DNA of 63,656 nt, counting the filler, from Nemertoderma westbladi (lineage: Eukaryota; Animalia; Xenacoelomorpha), in NCBI GenBank assembly GCA_032718475.1. It is 4 parts of 4 records of this genome, joined end to end, with 100 filler letters (N's around TTAATTAATTAA, not from the genome) between each part and the next. Parts side by side here need not be neighbours in the genome. Positions count along the whole stretch, not along the records: positions 1 to 19,494 come from JAUCBJ010005702.1; positions 19,595 to 32,960 come from JAUCBJ010008290.1; 2 more parts are not named here. One strand, written 5' to 3'. This document shows positions 11,676-22,235 of the stretch, in pieces. The notes beneath the pieces are model-generated. The model was not told the origin of the DNA. It was given only the letters and a program-made list of their open reading frames with translations, and searched no databases. The translations under genes and the position numbers were made by a program. Each line of letters begins with the position of its first letter. Position 1 is the first letter of the stretch.

Positions 11676-12362
11676 TGATTTGTCCAAAATGACAGTCATT
11701 CTAGTCACCAAATTATTCCTCTCATAACCCTCACCACCACAGGAATTGTACCACCATCCTCTACCATCGATCGCGGCGCAGTTTTTTGCATTATCAGCAT
11801 CATTATCACGATCCAGGGTTGTAAAAGGTTGATTATTAAATGATAGTAAACCATTCCTGTTATCCTGATTAACACTTCCTCGCTGCCGTGAATAAGAATT
11901 CTGAATATTTACTGCATAATCTGTTGCAGCTGATTCAACTTCGAAACCATCGTAAAATATGCTATAATGGCTCGGATAACCCCATGTTATTTTCAGTGCA
12001 ACACCACCTCTAGTAAGTTTGTGAATATCTTCTAATCCCATCCAAAAATCTTTATTGATGTTGCCAAATCCACTGACATATTCATCCCATGTGCGATCAA
12101 AGTTCACCAAACCATTTTTATTTTCTAATATCACCAACCACGGTGGACTAGTATCTGTGTTCGATTCACATCGTACCAATCCATGGATACCATAGGCATC
12201 GTTTGGATAAAATATTCCATTTTTTCCCGGTTCACATAATGGGTATTTATCAGCCAGACAATTCTTTATCTTAGTGTTTCGTGCATTGGGGTTAAACTGG
12301 CTAAATTTATCTTTGTAACCCTCATCTACACTTTCTATAATATCTTTCATCTGCGTATTTAC
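11676..12362 (-). CDS. Fibrinogen-related protein, exon 2 (first FReD domain)
   Basis: VNFDRTWDEYVSGFG, FWMGL, FTTLDRDND, CA...GWWYNSC. Acceptor TTTTCAAG|GTA and donor TCA|GTAAGT. Length 687 nt, phase 0 at both ends. Confidence 0.8.
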
Positions 12363-12778
12363 CTTGAAAAAATGCAATTTTTTTTCTTTATCGACTATAA
12401 TAATATATTATATTTATACAATAATAAAGGTTTAGGACATATGTGTTAAAAATCAATATCGATATCAATAATTGATAAATTATTGATAATAGATCATATT
12501 ATAGTAGAATTAGTATAAATAATATAACTCCATAATTTACTTACATGGTAAATATCAAGTAAATAAAATTACGATATTAATATATATAAAATAAAAAAAT
12601 AATCGGATTATTAAAAATAATAATTATTTGCAATATTATATTATATATATAGGCCCATATAAATAGTACAAAAAGAGGGCAGATATTATCATCATATCAA
12701 ATCATAACAGACTATTTTTTAGAAATGCGTTAAAATAATTTCACCGAAATAGTTGACAACTTTTGATAATTTATCTAC

Positions 12779-12937
12779 CTTGGTTATGAAGTCATCAATA
12801 CCATATCGATCATGAGCATATAACGTTGTTGTATGGGGTCTGTATTCGTAGAAGCTACCCTGTTTAGCATTGCAAACAAAGATAAAATTAGTTGTGGCAA
12901 CGACCAACAGAATTAACAATAATTGTTGGATCGTCAT
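12779..12937 (-). CDS. Fibrinogen-related protein, exon 1 (signal peptide)
   Basis: Hydrophobic leader MTIQQLLLILLVVATTNFIFVCNA. Phase-0 donor AAG|GTAGAT. A polypyrimidine-CAG acceptor lies just upstream of the ATG. Confidence 0.6.
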
Positions 12938-13234
12938 TTTCTGTAAAAAAAAAAATAAAAATATATTTATAAACTATTGCGAATGATTCTATATAACATC
13001 AATAATAACGCGCCCTAATCCCTAATCCCTAATCCCTAATCCCTTGATCTGCTACAACCCTTTAGAGATTTAATGTAAATTAAATAATCACCACTGTTCT
13101 TCACGTATGCCCAGAACAGAACGGCTTACCAAGTTCATAATGTATATTAGATTATATAATGTAGTTCATACTGCCATAGGGGGGGGGGGGGGGGGGGGGG
13201 GCAGGATAGTCTCTATGGATAGTCTCTATGGAGA

Positions 13235-13370
13235 CATACTTGTACTTGTATTGTTTTTTATTATTGGTGTTATGGGTGAATGAGTGATATTCAAATTCGG
13301 CAATGACGTCCAGGTGGGATCGAACTGGTGACCTCCGAGTTGGAAGTCTGACGCTCTAACCATTCAGATA
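13235..13370 (-). mobile_element. tRNA-derived SINE or tRNA pseudogene
   Basis: A-box TGGTTAGAGCG and B-box GTTCGATCC at tRNA-like spacing (13305-13370), followed by an AT-rich body and a (CAAGTA)2 tail. Stems are imperfect. Confidence 0.5.
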
Positions 13371-13383
13371 GATTCAGTAAAAG

Positions 13384-13684
13384 ATAGACTTGGAAATACT
13401 ATCTGATTGATTGATTGATTGATTGATTCGTTTTAATTCCTGTACAAAACATGTAAAAAGGAATATACATACTGATACTATAAACAATAAACCATACATG
13501 ATAAGCCTACAACATTCTGTACCGGTACTACAATTAAGCATTCAATTTAAATCTGAAATTAAACCGTAAAAAAATAATTAATTATAGCAACTTTCAATAA
13601 ACGGTATGCAGTTCATATGTTAAAACGGGATAAGTTATAGATCAAAATATAAATCATATCATAGACTTGGAAATACTATCTGAT
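13384..13684 (-). mobile_element. Short retroposed insertion with (TCAA)n tail and 24-bp TSD
   Basis: ATAGACTTGGAAATACTATCTGAT is perfectly repeated at 13384-13407 and 13661-13684. A (TTGA)n tract adjoins the left copy. Confidence 0.7.
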
Positions 13685-13794
13685 ACCTTGTATGTCCGCA
13701 ATTTACCTCCTCGTGGCCTCCCAACTGTCAATACCATCATGGGCAGCAATTGATGGGCTTTTCAGGACTTGATGTCACAGAGAATTTATCGGAA

Positions 13795-14165
13795 ATCTTA
13801 AGGTCCGATTATTTAGAGCAGCAGAAGTTCCAGTACTCCTCTATGAGAGTCCATGTTGGGATCTGGTGAGGACACCAAATCTCTGGATGGCACATTCACA
13901 AGAATGCCATGCCGGGTTCATTGTGTCAAGAACAATGCACACATCTCCAACAAGACACTATATAACATTGGAGGTGTCTCATTGGTTCCCCCAAGCTTGA
14001 CAATAGAAAAGCCGCCTCCACTTTGCAGGACATTGTTTTGGCCGTGAGGACCAGCCAGTGCACAATCTTGTGCTTTGGCAGCACCAAGGAGAAAATAAGC
14101 ATGGTTGACAGCGCATGACTTGCGGATAATCTCGTGAAAGAAATGGGGGATAGGGAATTGTGGCG
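13795..14165 (+). mobile_element. RTE family 1 3' fragment
   Basis: Nucleotide similarity to 32150-32570. Confidence 0.85.
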
Positions 14166-14470
14166 ATTACAAAATCTTTGGCTTCAGAAATCGAATCTTT
14201 ATTGAATACTTTCTACTATTTAATTTTTCTATCTATCTATAATCGGCCTTTTGCAAGGCAGCATCTCATTGAGATGATATCATAGCTTAACAAAACGATA
14301 TGTGCCACCAATATATTGCAGGCCTGGCACTCAACAAACTGAGCTAACCCACTTTCTGCCAGTTTAGGATATGAAAATGAACGAGTTTTTTTGTTGGGTT
14401 AAGTAGTTCCCTACCAAGGTGCCCCGGGTCATCCGGATCTGTGACTTTGAAGTCGTCCTTTCGGCGACAT

Positions 14471-16772
14471 TCACCACTTTCTTAATCTCCTGTCCGGCCT
14501 TCTGGGCTCTAAGAATGCGATACTGCGGGTCCTCTTGAGGGTGGCGTATTCGCTCGGGTAACAGGTTGCTTTGAAACCAGTTTCATGCAAGGCATCCGCC
14601 TCGTCTAATATACACGAGGTCACGCGTTTGTGATAAAATGCGCTCCGGTAAGCCCAAGCAATCGAATGCCAGGCTCCCTGATTCCGCTGTTCGACTTGCA
14701 ATTTGTCGAATTCTCCAGCGGTGATCTTGTTCACCGTGGTTTGAAAGTTCCAAGTATTCTTATTGTCCGGGTGAACATGTAGGAAATAGTCCCTCACGAC
14801 TTTGAAGCCGCTATCCAGTGGCAATATGTCCAGCACCTCCAATAGTTCGTCGTATTGAGGCATAGCTGACACATATCCGTCCTTCGACATAATGAGAGGG
14901 TTGACGGCCCAAAATCCCAAATGCGTTCTCATGGGGAAACGTCGTCGCTGCGTCGACACATGCTCATCCGCTATGTTTTCCCAATGGTCAAATAGTTGTC
15001 GTATGATCTTAACTGACATATGCTCATAGAACGTCTCGGAGTTGACATTCAGACGCCCTATGTCCTTTGATGTTACAGTAGGTACAGTGTACACTGAGCT
15101 ACAAAGCGCCAGCAGGTGTAGAAAGTGTATGACCGTTGATCCCCACACCAGTTGCACACTAGGTCTGGTAGAGATATGTGCTTGGCTCTGCATTTCTTGG
15201 CGTGATGGCCAGTAGCCCCCATCTGCCACAAATGGTGTTGGCAGGATACCAAACTCATTCGTAAATGAGGTCTCCGATGGGGCGAGCGCTACTGTCTACG
15301 TGATAGTCTTCATCATCGGGGTCAGTCGGTACATTCGTCTCCGTGGGTTGCACACAAACCATGGCGTCACTCTTCTCAAGCTCACGGATCTCGGTTCCTG
15401 TCTTCATTGGAAGATTCTCCTCTATCTCTATAAGCTGCCACAACGGTTAGTCGATTATCACGGACTCGGTCGGATCCTCATCGGGATTATGAGCGGTAGG
15501 CGCGAGCGCCTTCCATGATCCTTCCAGGCCCTTAATCTCCGCATGGCATTCCCTGTCGTAGGGTACTAACGTCAACATCGACAGTCTGTCGACGAGGCTT
15601 CCCGCATGGGTGAGATAAATGTCTCGAAAAATGCTGAATCCTGCACACGTGAAGACTTCACAGTGGGCATCGGTGTTGTAAAATGGTTGGAGGAATCGGC
15701 GGAATACGTCAGTATGCATCCTTCCTCCCTCGTAAACTGTATGTCCTTCGCCGAGAAATAACGGATGTCGCTTAATCGTCCTAGACACTACATCAGCGAT
15801 GAAACATACGTTGACCGATGATTCGATTGCCAAATAGTATTGCATGATTATCTGCGGAGGTAAGTTAATCGCCCAATATATACATCCTCACCACTTTTAT
15901 TGTGACTCAAACTCGTTGACCGTATACCAGATCTGATTTTGACGATACTCCTTTCGAGTACAATGTTGCGCACGGCCTTTGGCAACATCCTAGCTTCTAT
16001 ATGACAAGCTATGTCCATGGATTTTATTATCCGCTTTATCATAGCATGTCGTTGCATCATTCCTTCCGGTATCGGCATCTTTCGATCGCTCTGATGTCGG
16101 CTGAAGACGTGTAGCACTCCATCTGGTGCTCAAATTTGGATGGTTTTCGAAGTGAGGCTCTGCTGGTGGCTCCCTCCTTCGTTGTCATAGAACATATACC
16201 CATTCTCTCGCAGAGATCGACTCGTCGCATCCCATTTATCGAGTAAATCATCGGTAGGGTTCCATATCCTCCCGATGGACTTCTTGTGGTTGAGGCTAAT
16301 AGGTTTCCCCGTCCAGTTGGTCGCGATGTCGGTGTCGGTTTCGAATGTGCCGACTCCGATCCACAATCAAATCGTTTTCGTTAGATATATCATTAGACGT
16401 TAGCAGGATGCAAGGTGCGATATCCGTCCCCGCGCGATCAACTTCCTTAAAGTCGGTAATATGTGGAGGCTCATTGCGTACGATTTTCTGAACGATTTTT
16501 CTACGCAACTCCGCCGCCTCTAACATTACTAACATTACCGATTCAAGGAAATCCAGGTTCGAAATGATCTCCAGATGCTCCACTATGGGGATCTCATAGG
16601 TCGTATCCTCTCGAGTCGGTATGCTGATAGGAAAGTTGGTTGTTCTCGCGACTGGTACTACTGCTTGGGTAGAGTGGGGTTGAGATTCTTGCGTCATCTC
16701 AACGTGAGGTATCTGTAGTCTCTGCAACAAACATTGAGCAAAGGTTATACTATCGAAGAGTTCGGGTGTCAT
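14471..16772 (-). pseudogene. Decayed orphan ORF of about 750 aa with two CCHC zinc knuckles
   Basis: Consecutive ORFs on one strand are joined by in-frame stops (16130, 15447, 15255) or small frameshifts. Minimal indel repair gives CGRCGATGHHAKKC (15190-15230) and CNWCGINGHTFYTC (15112-15156). Upstream TATAA near 16840, downstream AATAAA near 14200. Confidence 0.5.
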
Positions 16773-16977
16773 TTCCTTAGGTTCGGTTTGATCGTGGGAT
16801 ATCCAATAGAATGGTAGGCCCGCCTATAATAAAGCCTTATAAATGGAGAGCGCTTCCTTAGTCTCCGGATCCGCTCCTCGAGCGCGTCTATAAAGGTGCA
16901 TCCCATCGAATTCGTCCCTAGCTGCAGGCAAGGGCTCACTCGCCATCAAATATTGCAGCATGTGATATAATCGGCGA

Positions 16978-17392
16978 TACCAAATCTCTGGATGGCACAT
17001 TCACAAGAATGCTACGCCGGGTTCATTGTGTCAAGTACAATGCACACATCTCCAACCAGACACTATATAACATTGGAGGTGTCTCATTGGTTCCCCCAAG
17101 CTTGACACTAGAACAAAATCGCCTCCGCTTTACAGGATATTGCTTTCGCCGTGAGGACCAGCCACGCAGCCAGTGCATAATCTTGTACTTTGGCAGCCTT
17201 ATGGAGTGAATAAGCATGGTAGACAGCCCATGACTTTCTTGAGACGCATCTTAAAAGACACTGGCCTTAAAGATGCGGATAATCTAGCAAATGTCATGGG
17301 TGATAGGGAGTTGTGGCGGTACAATTTTGTTGACAAGCCGGCACAGCATTCTTAAAAATGCAGCTGCAATGCAGCATGCCGATCCTAGTAGT
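16978..17392 (+). mobile_element. RTE family 1 3' end
   Basis: Near-identical to 32228-32637. Ends GCCGATCCTAGTAGT. Confidence 0.9.
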
Positions 17393-17469
17393 ATAATATC
17401 AATCTCACAACTATCAACTTCAGCCAAGGTTAGTCTTCTTGGAAAGTCGCGTTTGCCTCAGGCATATTT

Positions 17470-20348
17470 TCTCTAACGTTTGAGCCATGCTAACTTGCGG
17501 CACGCGTCCATCCATGATCTAGTCAAGTTAACTATTCTGTCAATGTAAGTGTTGGTGATGTCATCAGGTAAGGTATAGTCATAGTGTGGATACTTGTTTG
17601 GACTTGGTAGGCCCGTGTTGCCTTCCAGTGAGTGTCTCCCTTTGTGCAATGGGCTTGTCTGTGTCCTGAAGTACTTTAGTCTCCACAGTCTTACCTTTAC
17701 CATCCGCACTCGGTGAGTTGACTGGTAGTAATGGTTTCAACTCTACGGTCTCAGTGTGTTCCTGTGGGCTTGAAAGCCTCCTAACTTTAGTCACACCTTT
17801 AGCCATAGGCTGTAAGTCAAGTATTTTCCTTGAGCGGAGTGTGATACCTGTAGCCACACCGTCATCATGGTTACTCAAGGGGGTCAAAATAGGTAAGTTG
17901 GTAATACCTAATGGGCATACTTGGTACAGTTGGGGCTGTCCCGGGCCCTGAAAACTTTTACCTGTATTTGGTAAGATTCTGGCGGAAGATCTAAGTTTCC
18001 ATCTGGGTACCAAAGAAACCTCAAGCTGTCCCTGTCCCGCTCCAAAGCTCTAATCTTGTGAAACATGGCCTCTATGTCACAGGTGAAGGCCACCTTGCGT
18101 TGTCTGAAATGCATCAGGACTCCCATTACGTAATTGTTCATATTCGGCCTGTCCATCAACTCACTGTTCATAGACAGAGATTGTTCACTTGTCAAACAAA
18201 TTGATGTGGCAGGTTATATGTCTGGTCTGTGGTTACCTCAGGGTTTGTCATCCTAATCGCGTATTCCTTTTGGAGATACGTCTGAAGTTGTGCGTTGTAT
18301 TGCATGTAGGCCATCTCATCACGCAACAGTTGCTGCTGTATCGACTTGAGTCGTCTCAAGGCAAGCGGGTAGTTGTTGACGAGCTTAGTGGCCATTTTTG
18401 TGGCTTAATGACCGTTTTTCCTGTTCTGAAATAGTGGTCTCGTAACTACCGGGTTCTGCTGAGTCCTGTTCCAACCACTTGATGGTTTTCTCAGTCAGCA
18501 GTCTGTAAAGCGCTGCTGCACTGTGCCATGGTCCTCGTCTACGTCGTCATCCACTACGGTGGCTAGTGTCAATGTGGCTGGTAGGCTCGCAAGCATTCCA
18601 GTGTCACTAGCAGCATCGAAACGTCTCGAGGCGGTTCAGCAACCTTTTGATCTGTTGGTAGGCTCATAAGCCTTCCAAGATCAGCGACCGGTGTTGAAGC
18701 CTGATGGATGGGGTCAACGACCTTTGGATCTGTCGGTAGGCTCGCAAGCCTTCCACGATCCTCATTCATCGAGACATCCACAGCAACAACCCTCTTCGGT
18801 GGTCGATACAACCTGTTTCGCTGCAAGTACCTGTAATTTAGAGGTCCGTGTGGTCTCGTTCAAGTCTATTACGTTGGTGTTAGTAGTGACGTAAGTCTGT
18901 CGTGGTACTGTATGTACAGTGCGACCACAGGAATGTGAAGGAGAATTTGCTAACGTAGTAGTTAGTAAACTACACGTGCTCAAGACATCGTCCTTCTGGT
19001 CACTCACCTCTAGCGAATGCACAGGCGCTCTCATATACCAACCTATGGAAGTTCTACAAGCATAAGGGTTACTACCACTGTTACTACAGATAGTTGCGTC
19101 TCCCATACTTGATGCAAGTTGAACTGGTCTGTCCCTATTATCATCGAATTTGAGTGATAGTTAACAGGTCATTCCAGTATTCCAAGATGTTGGAAATACT
19201 TACAGTCATCCGGGGATTGTTCTGGCACAGGACCAAGTAGATTACTAAAGTCCTTGGTGGCAGCAAAGGTCAAATTCCTTACCGGAAGTAGTGAGCGTTC
19301 CTCCCTGCTATGTTCCTCTTTGGAAAGAAGAGTATCTAAGGTTAGTTTGACTCTTGTTACAGGTATCGCTCTCTTACCATGCATGCTACTGACAGTATAC
19401 TGAGCAGTCTTACCTTGGCTCATATCTGTAACTATATTGGCTACTTGTAGTGGCTAGTAGTGTGGAGCAACGCGTCATGGTTGCAGACACACAGNNNNNN
19501 NNNNNNNNNNNNNNNNNNNNNNNNNNNNNNNNNNNNNNTTAATTAATTAANNNNNNNNNNNNNNNNNNNNNNNNNNNNNNNNNNNNNNNNNNNNATGTAT
19601 CCCAAACTTGTCTTAATCCGTCTGGATGTCCAATAAACCTTAACGCCATTAACTTGGGAGATCCTTCCAAGCACTCGATGAGGTATCTAAGTTTTTCTCC
19701 ATTATATAGTACGGAGTTCTGTATGTTATCTTTGTAATATTCATTAAAAGGTAACCATTTCATCTCATCTCCATTGAACTTAACGATCTCTCCCACCTTT
19801 ACCGCTTGCCGGGCTTCGGTTCTAGCCATTTGACGCGTAAAACTTTCTTGGGCCATCGTGCTATTTAATATCGAGTTATCGGCATATAAATTTCTCGGAT
19901 TATGATCAGTTCTATATGGAATATCATTATCAACAGGTCTATAATTACCCTTAATAGGGTTCACTATAGGAGTTTCTATTTCGCTAGCAGTATAGATGCG
20001 TGTAGGCTCCACACCTTGCGCATGGGATACTTCAGACCTAACGGGTTGACACATTGTTACAGGGGGTGGTGGTATACCCTTTTGTGTATTTACTAATTTA
20101 TCGCATTCTAAAGCGATACTTTGCTGCACTTCCTGTAATTCTAACTTACTTTCTCTTACGGTTCCCTTTAGCTGTTGAACAGTCTCTTCCAACTCCCGGA
20201 CCCGCTGCTGCACCTCTCTTTCCGCTTCTGCAGCTGCCGCTGCTGCTTTTCTTTCCGCTTCTATCTTTTCAAGATACTGTCCAAGTCTAAGGCTGATTCT
20301 AATACCTTTCAAAAGACTATCTGACAGTGCCCGTTTTGTGTCAGACAT
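17470..20348 (-). mobile_element. BEL/Pao LTR retrotransposon relic 1 (gag, protease, RT, integrase C-terminal remnant)
   Basis: Gag DUF1759-like KFNGDEMKWLPF...EKLRYLIECLEG; protease region IIGTD...PYACRTSIGW; Pao RT NNYPLALRRL, YNLPH, FRQRKVAFTCDIEAMFHKI, RFLW. Frameshifted and spans an assembly gap. Confidence 0.85.
19495..19594. other. Assembly gap with artificial linker
   Basis: 44 N + TTAATTAATTAA + 44 N. Confidence 0.98.
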
Positions 20349-21676
20349 TTTTGTTTGTACAGTTGAATGCCTACTGCTATATTACAGTCTAAGCAAGTCT
20401 AGTAATTCAGTATTAACTGCTAGCCTAGTAATTAATTACCGATACTGCTACTCAGTGTAGCGTGATATATATATAATATATTAGAATACCGGTATGCTTA
20501 TAGTATATATAACTATTATTACAGACTAGGTTTATCACAGAATACCGGTATAATTTTAGCACAAATATATATAAATATATAATAGGCCTATCGGGAATAC
20601 CGGTATACAGCTTACAGTTTGTAGTATATATAATTCTGGACTAGAATTAATTACAAGTACCGGTATAATTTCAGCCTAGATTTATAGAAATAAGATAATA
20701 GGCCTATCGTAAATACCGGTATATCAATTATTTTAGAATAATTGAATTTCTGAACTTTAGGGTTACTTGGTTACTTTAACTTACTTTATTACCGTTATTT
20801 AAGCAGTAATCCAACTGATATTGAGACCTAATGGTTTTATGGTATGCCTACTATTTATAAATCGTTGGATTTGATTTATAATATATATACCCGTTTTAAT
20901 GGGTTTTGTCTATGTTTGAAATAAATGTTATTATTTCTGGGGAGTAATCACTACACAAAGCGGTGCGCTTTCAGTGAAGTGTTACGTATAGGACACTAAA
21001 ACAAATAATTCTAATTTACCTAAGTTACTTAATACTACAAATTACGTACAATTCGGGTGAGATTACAATCTCTAAATAAATGCAAAAATTTACAAAAACA
21101 CAAAATACGAATTTTTAGGGTAATTTTACAAGAAGTCTACAAACCAGCCTAACAAAGGGTTAGAATACCGGTTATTACAACGGACAGGGTACTACGGTAT
21201 TTGAAATAATAAGTAGTAGTAAATACACTGCGTTGTCCAGATAGAAAAATACCACCGCCTGACGACCTATAGCCGTATCGCTATAGGTTCTACGTTATGT
21301 ATCACGGAGTGTTCCTACCTAGAAGTTAATAGAGCTAATCGAATGTGCCTATCAACCACTTTACAACACAAATATAATGCCTACACTAATTATTCTCGGA
21401 AAGCACTGTACACTAAACCCTAAATTAGGTACGAGTACTTGTACAACAGATAATCAGTAATTAAATATACTTGAACAGCCAAAAGAACCACGGCATCTGC
21501 TGGAGTGACCGATGCACAAAATCACCAGTCTTTACCTACGCCAAGCAGCCCGTGTAGTACCGAGGTTAATTTAACTATAGCGGTATGTATAACAAACACA
21601 ATTACTGTAGGAACAAACTTGGGGACTTGAATGTTGCGAATAATCGCATAAACTCTGAATAATAAATATTACGCTA

Positions 21677-22235
21677 CGCGTACAAACTACTCAAACAAAA
21701 TACAGACAGAACACTGACAGACTACTATCAAGCCTAAATAAACCACAGGACATGCAGACTCCGAAATGATTAGGGAGTATGCGCTCTAACCCAGTAGTGC
21801 GACTTATTCTTTAGTTGGGGGTTTACCCTACCGCATTGGCTGCCCCTACTTCCTAACCGTACTTAATCGGACAAATGATCTACACACGCGGCAATCCGTT
21901 CAGACTTAATAACAGCCAGACAACTATCCAGCCTACAAATTATTTAAATAAAATTATACGCTACCCGTACAGACTTACACAAACAAAGTACAGACTAAAC
22001 GATGGCAGACTACTCTCAAGCCTAAATAAACCACAGGACATGCAGACTCCGAAATGATTAGGGAGTATGCGCTCTAACCCAGTAGTGCGACTTATTCTTT
22101 AGTTGGGGGTTTACCCTACCGCATTGGCTGCCCCTACTTCCTAACCGTACTTAATCGGACAAGTGCTCTACACACACTGCAATTCGTTCGGACTTAACAG
22201 CAATCAGACAACAGCTCAGCCTACAAATCGTCTGT
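21677..22235. repeat. Tandem duplication, period about 288 bp
   Basis: A core of about 145 bp (TCAAGCCTAAAT...CGGACAA) is identical in both copies, while the flanks are diverged. Confidence 0.9.

Noticed and set aside
13013-13045. Telomeric repeat
   Set aside because: Only about four copies of the heptamer CCCTAAT; this is an internal microsatellite.
19539-19550. Conserved TTAATTAATTAA motif recurring at three sites
   Set aside because: It is an artificial scaffolding linker centred in N gaps and supplies the false stop of ORF 19539-20348.
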